35,270 bases of DNA from an uncultured Oscillospiraceae bacterium (GTDB taxonomy: Bacteria; Bacillota; Clostridia; Oscillospirales; Ruminococcaceae), in NCBI GenBank assembly GCA_964560565.1, contig CAZLMF010000005.1, positions 1 through 35,270 on the forward strand, given 5' to 3'. Shown here piece after piece: positions 26,955 through 35,015 of this stretch (position 1 is the stretch's first letter; each line of letters opens with the position of its first letter). A program made the translations under genes and the position numbers. Under the pieces are notes generated by a model. It did not search any database. It was not told the origin of the DNA and worked only from the letters and a program-made list of their open reading frames with translations.

Positions 26955-27617
26955 ATGAAAGTAATTGTAGTTGGCGGCGGCAGAGTCGGTTACTACCTTG
27001 CGAAAACGCTCCTTGAGCACTCCCATCAACCAATAGTAATCGAAATTGATAAGACAATTTGCAGCTTTATTGCAAACAATTTGGATGTTCCCGTTATATG
27101 CGGCGATGGCACAACCCTTGAAATCCTTGATGCGGCGGATGTAAGCAGCTGTGACGCTATAATCTGTGTCACCGGCAAGGACGAGAACAACCTAATCGCT
27201 TGCCAACTTGCAAAAAAGCTTTATAATATCCCTAAGACCATTGCAAAGGTCAATAATCCCAAAAACTACGATGCCCTTAAACAGCTTGGTGTTGATATTG
27301 TAGTATCAGGCACTGATAATATCGCAAGGCTTTTAGAGCATGAAATTGACGCCTCGACAATTCGAAGGTTACTTTCCCTTGACGGGGGAAGGGTTTCCAT
27401 AAGCGAAATATTATTGCCCGATAAATATGAGCTTCACGGCAAAAAAATAAGCGAGCTCAAACTGCCTCCTAACTGCAATATAGTGTCCGTATCAAGGGAC
27501 GGGGAGCTAATCATTCCCTACGGCAGTTTACCACTGAAGTCCGCAGACCGCATAATGATGCTATGTGAGGAATCAGCTTTTCATGAGTTAAGCCTTGCGC
27601 TTAAGCTTCAGCTTTAA
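26955..27617 (+). CDS. TrkA/KtrA-family RCK protein (TrkA_N + TrkA_C), copy 2
   Basis: 220 aa. VIVVGGGRVGYYLA...PIVIEID. C-terminal TrkA_C-like domain (ISELKLPPNCNIVSVSRDGELIIP). Confidence 0.85.
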   Translation: MKVIVVGGGRVGYYLAKTLLEHSHQPIVIEIDKTICSFIANNLDVPVICGDGTTLEILDAADVSSCDAIICVTGKDENNLIACQLAKKLYNIPKTIAKVNNPKNYDALKQLGVDIVVSGTDNIARLLEHEIDASTIRRLLSLDGGRVSISEILLPDKYELHGKKISELKLPPNCNIVSVSRDGELIIPYGSLPLKSADRIMMLCEESAFHELSLALKLQL

Positions 27618-27635
27618 CTATAAAGGAGAATTTAT

Positions 27636-30600
27636 TTGAACAACAACACCACTAACATTTCAAAGACATTGTTGCTGGGAATTGACGTTGGCTCTACCAC
27701 AGTTAAGACAGTTGTGCTTGACGAGCGTCGCACCGTGCTATACTCTGACTACAAGAGGCACTTTTCCAAGGTGCGTGAACAGGTCTGTGAACAGCTTGCA
27801 GAAATACATAAGCGCTTTGCTGATGCAACTTTCAAGCTTTGTATAACAGGCTCGGCTGGGCTTGGCATTGCCAATTCCGCAAACCTCCCCTTTGTGCAGG
27901 AGGTTCATGCGGCATTCCTTGCCGTTGAGCAACGTTACAACGACATTGACTGCGTAATCGAGCTTGGAGGCGAGGACGCAAAGATAATATTCCTAACCGG
28001 CGGCATTGAGCAGCGTATGAATGGCTCTTGCGCGGGAGGTACAGGTGCGTTTATCGACCAAATGGCGACACTTTTAGGTCTTACTCCTACGCAGCTTGAC
28101 GAACTTGCATCCGGCTACAAAAAGCTTTACCCCATTGCGTCACGCTGTGGTGTGTTTGCAAAGTCCGATGTTCAGCCCCTGTTAAATCAAGGCGCTAACC
28201 GCGCCGACGTTGCAGCTTCAATCTTCCAATCGGTGGTTGACCAAACTGTTTCAGGACTTGCACAAGGGCGAAAAATTACAGGCAAGGTATTGTTCTTAGG
28301 TGGACCTTTATATTTCTTGCAAAGTCTGAGGGATGCCTTTATGCGCACTTTAGAGCTTGATGAAAGCACTGCGTTTTTCCCAGAGGATGCCACCTGCTTT
28401 GTGGCGTATGGCTGTGCGGAATATGCAAGCACCACCGAGGATAGCTTGACTATAACTGAAGTAATGGAGCAAATAAGCCAAGTCCCAGAAAGCACCGCTG
28501 TTATCGGCGCAAAGCTATTTGAGAGCCAAAGCGACTACGATGACTTCTCACATAGGCACGCAAACTTTGATATAGAATTTGAGGATATTCGCACCTATGA
28601 GGGGGATGCATATCTCGGCATTGACGCCGGCAGCACCACCACTAAGCTTGTGCTTATCACTCCCGATGGCAAGCTGCTTTATCAGCACTATGCCTCAAAT
28701 AAAGGACAACCCCTTGATAAAATTCGAGAGGAGCTGACAGAGGTTTACGCCCTTTGCCCACCGGGCATGAGGATTCGCTCAAGTGGTGTAACAGGCTACG
28801 GCGAGGAGCTTATTAAAGCGGCGCTTGGCGTTGACTTTGGCATGGTTGAAACCATTGCCCATTTTACTGCCGCAAAGTTTTTCGAGCCAAATGTAGACTT
28901 CATAATTGATATTGGCGGACAGGACATAAAGTGTTTCAAAATCCGTGGCGGCGCAGTAGATAGCATTATGCTAAACGAAGCTTGCTCCTCCGGCTGCGGA
29001 AGCTTTATTCAAACCTTTGCGCAAGCGCTTGGATACGATATCTCTGATTTCGCAAAGCTTGGTCTCCTTGCGGAGAATCCCGTTGACCTAGGTTCACGCT
29101 GTACTGTGTTTATGAATTCCAGCGTTAAGCAGGCTCAAAAGGACGGCGCAACCGTTGCGGATATATCGGCAGGGCTTTCCCAAAGTATAATCAAAAATGC
29201 TATATATAAAGTTATTCGTGCTAAGTCCCCCTCCGACTTGGGTGAGCATATCGTTGTTCAAGGTGGGACATTCCTAAATGACGCTGTTTTGCGTGCCTTT
29301 GAAATGGAGCTTGGGCGCAATGTGGTAAGGCCCACCATTGCAGGGCTTATGGGAGCTTTCGGTGCGGCACTCTATGCAAGGGATAATGCTGTCAGCAATA
29401 GCACCATCATTGACAGGGATTCCCTTGATGACTTTACCTATTCGAGCAAAGCGACACATTGCGGAGGCTGCACTGCCAACTGCAACTTAACCATCAATAT
29501 CTTTGGTGACGGCAGGAGATATATCAGCGGCAACCGCTGTGAGCGCCCACTTGGAATGCGAAAATCCGAGCAAGTACCCAACCTATACGAGCAAAAGTAC
29601 AAGCTTATACTAAATACCGTAAAAAATCAGAACAAGGGCAATAGGGGCAAAATTGGCATTCCCCTGTCGCTCGGCTCTTATGAGCTTATGCCATTTTACG
29701 TCAAGCTGCTTAATAAAATGGGCTTCACCGCTGTAATCGGCGAGGAATCCACCCGTGACCTTTATTATAAGGGGCAACACACCATTCCATCTGATACTGT
29801 TTGTTATCCTGCAAAGCTTGTGCATGGTGCAATTGAAAGCCTTTTTGAGCAAGGAATTGATGCGGTATTCTACCCCTGCATGACTTATAATCTTGTCGAG
29901 GGCAAAACCGATAACCACTATAACTGCCCCGTTGTGGCATACTACCCAGAGCTTTTGATGGCGAATATGCCAATTCTTACAAAAGATAATTTCATCTATC
30001 CCCACCTTGACTTAAACCGCAGGGAACATGTAGTAAAGGTGCTTTATCGTGAGTTTAAGCGCTTTGGCGTTAAGCGTGGCGAGGTTGCAGCCGCCCTTGA
30101 AAGTGCTTTTAATGCGCAATCCGCATATAGTCAGCATATAATCGAGCTTGGCAACAAGGCAATTGAGTTCGCTCGCAAAAACAAGCGTGAAATTATTGTC
30201 CTTGCAGGCAGACCATACCATATTGACCCAGAAATCAACCACGGTATCCACAAGCTTATTTCCTCCCTTAACATGGTGGTTGTAGGCGAGGACAGCGTTG
30301 CCCACCTTGGGGATGCAGGGCGTGTAGATGTGCTTAACCAGTGGACTTACCACGCAAGGCTATATAATGCTGCCGCTTATGTCGCCACCCAGCCCGATAT
30401 GCAGCTTGTTCAGCTTGTTAGCTTCGGATGCGGCATTGACGCTATTACAACCGATGAGGTGAGGGATATACTAGAGCGTGGCGGAAAGCTTTATACTCAG
30501 CTTAAAATTGACGAGATTTCAAACCTTGGCGCGGCAAAGATAAGACTTCGCAGCCTTGCCGCCGCTGTTGAGAGCTTACGCAAGCAGGATGCTCCAACAA

Positions 30601-30662
30601 GCAAGCCTAAAAGCAAACCAGTACATAAGGCTGAAAGCAAAAAAGAAGTTTCACATGCGTAA
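27636..30662 (+). CDS. BCR/HAD-family fusion protein: two BcrAD/BadFG (HgdC-type) activase ATPase modules plus a dehydratase-alpha-like (DUF2229) domain; probably the large subunit of a plsA/plsR-type anaerobic plasmalogen synthase
   Basis: 1008 aa. TTG start at 27636 with AAGGAG 7 nt upstream. Module 1: GIDVGSTT, SCAGGTGAF, SRCGVFAKSD. Module 2: GIDAGSTTTK, CSSGCGSF, SRCTVFMNSS. Cys-rich linker CGGCTANC...C (nt 29460-29540). The C-terminal domain carries DTVCYPAK, HYNCPV and SFGCGID. Confidence 0.8.
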   Translation: MNNNTTNISKTLLLGIDVGSTTVKTVVLDERRTVLYSDYKRHFSKVREQVCEQLAEIHKRFADATFKLCITGSAGLGIANSANLPFVQEVHAAFLAVEQRYNDIDCVIELGGEDAKIIFLTGGIEQRMNGSCAGGTGAFIDQMATLLGLTPTQLDELASGYKKLYPIASRCGVFAKSDVQPLLNQGANRADVAASIFQSVVDQTVSGLAQGRKITGKVLFLGGPLYFLQSLRDAFMRTLELDESTAFFPEDATCFVAYGCAEYASTTEDSLTITEVMEQISQVPESTAVIGAKLFESQSDYDDFSHRHANFDIEFEDIRTYEGDAYLGIDAGSTTTKLVLITPDGKLLYQHYASNKGQPLDKIREELTEVYALCPPGMRIRSSGVTGYGEELIKAALGVDFGMVETIAHFTAAKFFEPNVDFIIDIGGQDIKCFKIRGGAVDSIMLNEACSSGCGSFIQTFAQALGYDISDFAKLGLLAENPVDLGSRCTVFMNSSVKQAQKDGATVADISAGLSQSIIKNAIYKVIRAKSPSDLGEHIVVQGGTFLNDAVLRAFEMELGRNVVRPTIAGLMGAFGAALYARDNAVSNSTIIDRDSLDDFTYSSKATHCGGCTANCNLTINIFGDGRRYISGNRCERPLGMRKSEQVPNLYEQKYKLILNTVKNQNKGNRGKIGIPLSLGSYELMPFYVKLLNKMGFTAVIGEESTRDLYYKGQHTIPSDTVCYPAKLVHGAIESLFEQGIDAVFYPCMTYNLVEGKTDNHYNCPVVAYYPELLMANMPILTKDNFIYPHLDLNRREHVVKVLYREFKRFGVKRGEVAAALESAFNAQSAYSQHIIELGNKAIEFARKNKREIIVLAGRPYHIDPEINHGIHKLISSLNMVVVGEDSVAHLGDAGRVDVLNQWTYHARLYNAAAYVATQPDMQLVQLVSFGCGIDAITTDEVRDILERGGKLYTQLKIDEISNLGAAKIRLRSLAAAVESLRKQDAPTSKPKSKPVHKAESKKEVSHA

Positions 30663-30698
30663 AACACAAGGCGAATTCGCCGGAAAGGCATGAAATAG

Positions 30699-31919
30699 AT
30701 GCTTGAATTTACCCCAGAAATGAAAAAAACACACACCATTCTTATCCCCGATATGCTACCTATACACTTCAACCTCATTGTTAATATCTTCAGGCAAAAT
30801 GGTTATAAGATGGAGCTTTTGACCACCAGAACCCGCAATGTAGTCGATGAGGGACTAAAGAATGTACACAACGACACCTGCTACCCTGCTCTGCTTGTTA
30901 TAGGGCAGTTTATTGATGCTCTTAAATCGGGGAAGTATGACCCCGACAAGACTGCGCTATTGATTTCCCAAACAGGTGGTGGATGCAGGGCATCAAACTA
31001 TATTCACCTTCTTAGAAAGTCCTTAAAGCGCGACTTCTCACAGGTGCCTGTGTTGTCGCTAAACTTTAGCGGCTTAGAAAAGCATAGCGGCTTCAAAATC
31101 ACCATTCCAATGCTTTTGAAATTGCTTTTTGCGGTGCTTTATGGGGATATGCTTATGCTCCTTTATAACCAGTGCATACCCTATGAGAAAAATGCGGGAG
31201 ATACCGACCGCCTGCTTGCAAAATGGGAGGAGAAAATCGCCGATAACTTCAGCAAAAACAAGTTTATGTCCGAGGGGAAGATGTACAATCAGCTCCTTGA
31301 GGACTTTGCAGCAATCCCTAAAACAGGCGAGGTTAAACCAAAGGTAGGCATCGTAGGCGAGATTTACGTCAAGTATTCCCCCCTTGCAAACAACGACCTT
31401 GAAAAATTCCTCATTTCGGAGGGGTGCGAGCCTGTTGTGCCAGGACTTATGGACTTTTGCCTTTACTGCGTAAATAACTCCGTCATGGATGGCAAAATCT
31501 ACAACTTCGTTAGCAAGTCAACTCTCATAAACAAGCTTGTTTATAGAATCCTATACGGCAAACAACGCAAGATGATTAAGGCTGTCACAAAGCACGGAGT
31601 TTTCTCTGCTCCTCATGACTTTGAGCATTTGCGCCATGAGGCTGACCGTTTTACTCATCAAGGAGTTAAAATGGGTGAGGGGTGGCTTATTACTGCGGAG
31701 ATGTCTGCTCTTGCGCAAACAGGCGTTGAAAACATCATCTGTACTCAACCCTTCGGCTGCCTGCCAAACCATATTGTCGCAAAAGGCATGTCCCGTGCCA
31801 TAAAAGACGCATTCCCCGACGCTAACATCGTTGCGATTGACTATGACCCAGGCGCAACTAAGATAAACCAAGAAAATCGAATAAAGCTTATGCTTGCGAA
31901 TATAAAGAAACAGGGCTAA
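30699..31919 (+). CDS. BCR/HAD-family beta-like subunit (DUF2229-type), paralogous to the C-terminal domain of the preceding protein
   Basis: 406 aa. NDTCYPAL, GGGCRASNY and QPFGCLPNH mirror the three Cys motifs of residues about 670-935 of the upstream protein. Confidence 0.75.
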   Translation: MLEFTPEMKKTHTILIPDMLPIHFNLIVNIFRQNGYKMELLTTRTRNVVDEGLKNVHNDTCYPALLVIGQFIDALKSGKYDPDKTALLISQTGGGCRASNYIHLLRKSLKRDFSQVPVLSLNFSGLEKHSGFKITIPMLLKLLFAVLYGDMLMLLYNQCIPYEKNAGDTDRLLAKWEEKIADNFSKNKFMSEGKMYNQLLEDFAAIPKTGEVKPKVGIVGEIYVKYSPLANNDLEKFLISEGCEPVVPGLMDFCLYCVNNSVMDGKIYNFVSKSTLINKLVYRILYGKQRKMIKAVTKHGVFSAPHDFEHLRHEADRFTHQGVKMGEGWLITAEMSALAQTGVENIICTQPFGCLPNHIVAKGMSRAIKDAFPDANIVAIDYDPGATKINQENRIKLMLANIKKQG

Positions 31920-31936
31920 TGCCCTGTTTTTGTTTT
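31908..31936 (+). terminator. Intrinsic terminator after the BCR/HAD-like operon
   Basis: AAACAGGGC (31908-31916) pairs with GCCCTGTTT (31921-31929). The stop codon lies in the loop, and the stem is followed by TTGTTTTG. Confidence 0.7.
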
Positions 31937-31996
31937 GTGTGTAGCTTTTGCCTTCGGCACAGAAACCTATATTTCGCCTTTTATTGAACTTTAATG

Positions 31997-32025
31997 TTTA
32001 CACGGTGGGAGAAAGGTGGTATAAT
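31997..32025 (+). promoter_or_regulatory. Promoter of the hybrid kinase/diguanylate cyclase gene
   Basis: TTTACA (31997-32002), 17 nt, extended -10 TGgTATAAT (32017-32025). It lies inside the track's N-terminal ORF extension. Confidence 0.55.
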
Positions 32026-32076
32026 GCATATAAAATAAGAATTGTTTTAAAAGACAACTCTTTTCGGAGGCGGAAT

Positions 32077-34962
32077 ATGCAAGCAGTAAAAGACGAATGC
32101 GCTTCTATGCTCGAAAGCTTATTTAGCGCCTGTTCAAATCCTTTGTGTATTGCTGACAAAAATGGCATAATACTTATGGCTAATGAGGCGATGCATAAAT
32201 ATGCAGGCGCTTTAAGCGATGCGCTTGTTAGCAAAAATTTATTTGAGCTTGTGAAGGGTGCGCAAGCAACGCTAGACACAGGAAACAGCTTTATAGAAAC
32301 CAAAGACGGTATATCAACGTCATGGGATGTTTTTGAGGATAGCGAGCGAATTTATGCAAGCGCAAGGGATTTTACGAAAAGTCTAGTTGAGCTTGATCGC
32401 ATTACAACTGAGCGTGACGATGCACAGCGTGCAAGCCACGCAAAAGGGCAATTCCTAGCGAATATGTCCCACGAAATCCGCACGCCTATGAACGGGATTT
32501 TGGGCTTTTTGCAACTGCTAGAGAGTACAGCACTCACCGCTTTGCAGCGTGAGTATGTGAACAACATGAAGATTTCCTCACAGCTTTTGCATAGCACCCT
32601 CAATGACATTTTGGATATATCTCGCATTGAGGCAAGGGGCACAAAGCTTGAAGTTTCAGAGTTTAACCTCTACACCACCATTGAGGAGGCGCTTATCCCC
32701 TTTACCGCCATTGCATACGGAAAAGGGTTGGACTTGAATTTATATATAGAGCCTGCTGTCCCCGAATTTGTAATGGGGGATGCTGTAAAGCTAAAGCAGG
32801 TAGTGTCAAATCTGCTTAGCAATGCGGTTAAGTTTACCGAGCAAGGCACTGTCTTAGTTGAGGCGATATTACAGGGTAAAAGCTCCGATAATGATGAGGT
32901 AAATATCCTCATTAAAATACACGATACAGGAATAGGCATTTCCTCCGATACGATAAAAACGCTGTTTAGCCCTTTTTCTCAAGGGGATAATGAAATTTCA
33001 CGCAAATACGGCGGCTCAGGTCTTGGGCTTGTCATCTCAAAGTCCATTGCAACTGCCATGAACGGCAAAGTTGACATAGACAGCACTGAGGGTAGCGGCA
33101 CAGTTGTGAGCTTTTCACTTACACTTCTTAAATCCACACAAAGCAACGCACAAGAGGACTTCTCTAATTTGCAAGGCAAAACCCTGCTGATTATTTCCGA
33201 GGAAAACGAGGATATACATATACTTCGCCGCTACCTAGAGCTTGAGGGCGTTAATATACTACAAGTTGCAAGCGGAACACAAGGCATAGTTTCCCTTGTA
33301 GATTGCAGGGAAAACAACAAACGCAACTGCAACATTGACGCCGTTTTAATAGCAAGGGAGTTGCCCGATATGAAGGCTTGGGATTTGCTTGCGGCACTTA
33401 GGGCAATTTCCGCCACAAAAGAGCTGCCCTTAGCACTTATCACTTCAAGGCTTAGCCATGATAACGAATCAAGCTCAAGCAGTTTCACTGCAAGGATTAA
33501 CAAGCCCTTTAGAAAAAGGGAGCTACTGCATACCATCTCAGATATGCTAAAAGAGAAAGAAATAACCCTACCCGAGCAAAGCAGCTTGATGCGTAGCAAT
33601 GATAGCATAATGGAGCAAGGCAGCGGATATAAACTGCTCATAGTCGAGGATAATGAAATCAACTACCAATTCCTTAGTAAGTACCTTATGACAAAGGGCT
33701 TTAGGTGCGATGTTGCCGTCAACGGCAAGGATGCGGTGGAAGCTTTTAAAAAGCAAAAGTATGATTTGATTTTTATGGATTGCCAAATGCCTGTTATGGA
33801 CGGTTTTGAGGCAACAAAGCAAATACGCCGTATTCAGGGTGAGGGTGCGCATACCCCCATTATTGCAATGACTGCTTATTCCCTTGAAAGCGATGACAAG
33901 AAATGCTTTGCCGCAGGAATGGATGAGTTTATCAGTAAGCCTGTGGATGTGAATAAAATCAATAAAATCCTTGATAAATACTCTATTGTTAACAAGAACA
34001 AGGATGAGGCTTACGAGGAAATGGAGCGTCAGCTAAGCCATGAAATGCTAAGTCCGGGGCGCAGGCAACGTGTGCTTATCGTTGATGATATGCCTACAAA
34101 CATAAGTCTACTTGCGGCGGCGCTTGATGAGGATTATGACATTAGAGTCGCAACCTCCGGCAGGGAGGCTCTGGTCCTTGCTCATTCCACCAACCCCCCT
34201 GATATTATCCTCCTTGATATACGAATGCCCGATTTAGACGGCTATGAGGTTTTTTCAAAGCTCAGTAATGAGGCGGATACAAGGGATATACCCGTCATTT
34301 TCCTAACTGGAATTTGTGAGGCGCAAAGCGAGGAATATGGGCTAAAGCTCGGTGCAATCGACTACATAAAGAAGCCTTTTAGTATTCCTATCGTAAAGGC
34401 AAAAATCAAGAACCATTTGGAGCTCAAGCAGTATAAGGACTTTCTGCGTGAGAATACATGGCTTGATCAGCTCACTCAAATTGCCAATAGGCGCCGCTTT
34501 GATGAGATGTGGGCGCTGGAAGTTAAGCGCTCAAAGCGATTAGGAAGCTTTTTATCCCTGCTTATGATTGATATTGACAAGTTTAAGGACTATAACGATA
34601 CTTATGGCCATTTACAGGGTGATGAATGTCTAAGGCGAGTTGCGGCGGTAATAAAATCTACCGCACGCAGACCCGGCGACCTTGCCGCAAGGTGGGGAGG
34701 AGAGGAATTCCTCTGCCTTTTACCCGATACTGACCCTAAGGGAGCAAGGGAAATCGCCGAGCGAACACGCCAGGCTGTGTTGGATCTTGGTCTTGAACAT
34801 TCAGCTACCGATATAGGGATTGTCACAGTTTCAGTAGGGGTTGTCACCTCCGATGCTGAGTGTGAAAACTGCTACGACGAGCTTATTAAGCGTGTTGACA
34901 GCGCATTGTACCACGCAAAGGAATCCGGACGCAATCGAGTTAGCATGTGGGGCGAATTTTAG
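32077..34962 (+). CDS. Soluble hybrid sensor: PAS - HisKA - HATPase_c - degenerate REC - REC - REC - GGDEF (diguanylate cyclase)
   Basis: 961 aa from ATG 32077, which is 6 nt after GGAGG. H-box SHEIRTPMNG (His codon 32470). N, G1 and G2 boxes (NAVKFT, DTGIGI, GGSGLGL). REC with FMDCQMPVMDG (Asp codon 33778) and REC with LLDIRMPDLDG (Asp codon 34216). GGEEF at 34696-34710 with the RPGD I-site 5 residues upstream. No TM segment. Confidence 0.9.
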   Translation: MQAVKDECASMLESLFSACSNPLCIADKNGIILMANEAMHKYAGALSDALVSKNLFELVKGAQATLDTGNSFIETKDGISTSWDVFEDSERIYASARDFTKSLVELDRITTERDDAQRASHAKGQFLANMSHEIRTPMNGILGFLQLLESTALTALQREYVNNMKISSQLLHSTLNDILDISRIEARGTKLEVSEFNLYTTIEEALIPFTAIAYGKGLDLNLYIEPAVPEFVMGDAVKLKQVVSNLLSNAVKFTEQGTVLVEAILQGKSSDNDEVNILIKIHDTGIGISSDTIKTLFSPFSQGDNEISRKYGGSGLGLVISKSIATAMNGKVDIDSTEGSGTVVSFSLTLLKSTQSNAQEDFSNLQGKTLLIISEENEDIHILRRYLELEGVNILQVASGTQGIVSLVDCRENNKRNCNIDAVLIARELPDMKAWDLLAALRAISATKELPLALITSRLSHDNESSSSSFTARINKPFRKRELLHTISDMLKEKEITLPEQSSLMRSNDSIMEQGSGYKLLIVEDNEINYQFLSKYLMTKGFRCDVAVNGKDAVEAFKKQKYDLIFMDCQMPVMDGFEATKQIRRIQGEGAHTPIIAMTAYSLESDDKKCFAAGMDEFISKPVDVNKINKILDKYSIVNKNKDEAYEEMERQLSHEMLSPGRRQRVLIVDDMPTNISLLAAALDEDYDIRVATSGREALVLAHSTNPPDIILLDIRMPDLDGYEVFSKLSNEADTRDIPVIFLTGICEAQSEEYGLKLGAIDYIKKPFSIPIVKAKIKNHLELKQYKDFLRENTWLDQLTQIANRRRFDEMWALEVKRSKRLGSFLSLLMIDIDKFKDYNDTYGHLQGDECLRRVAAVIKSTARRPGDLAARWGGEEFLCLLPDTDPKGAREIAERTRQAVLDLGLEHSATDIGIVTVSVGVVTSDAECENCYDELIKRVDSALYHAKESGRNRVSMWGEF

Positions 34963-34972
34963 GATATAATTT

Positions 34973-35006
34973 AACCGCTAGTGGAATTCCACTAGCGGTT
35001 TTTTTG
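34973..35006 (+). terminator. Intrinsic terminator
   Basis: AACCGCTAGTGG (34973-34984) pairs with CCACTAGCGGTT (34989-35000), a perfect 12-bp stem with an AATT loop, followed by TTTTT. Confidence 0.85.
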
Positions 35007-35015
35007 AGTGTTTAT

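Noticed and set aside
31948-32076. The N-terminal 43-codon extension of the kinase ORF in the track
   Set aside because: It contains the TTTACA-17-TGgTATAAT promoter and has no RBS. The ATG at 32077 has GGAGG 6 nt upstream.
33231-33662. A 143-aa minus-strand ORF and neighbouring antisense ORFs in the hybrid kinase gene
   Set aside because: They are shadow ORFs opposite well-supported REC domains, with Leu/Ser-rich composition.
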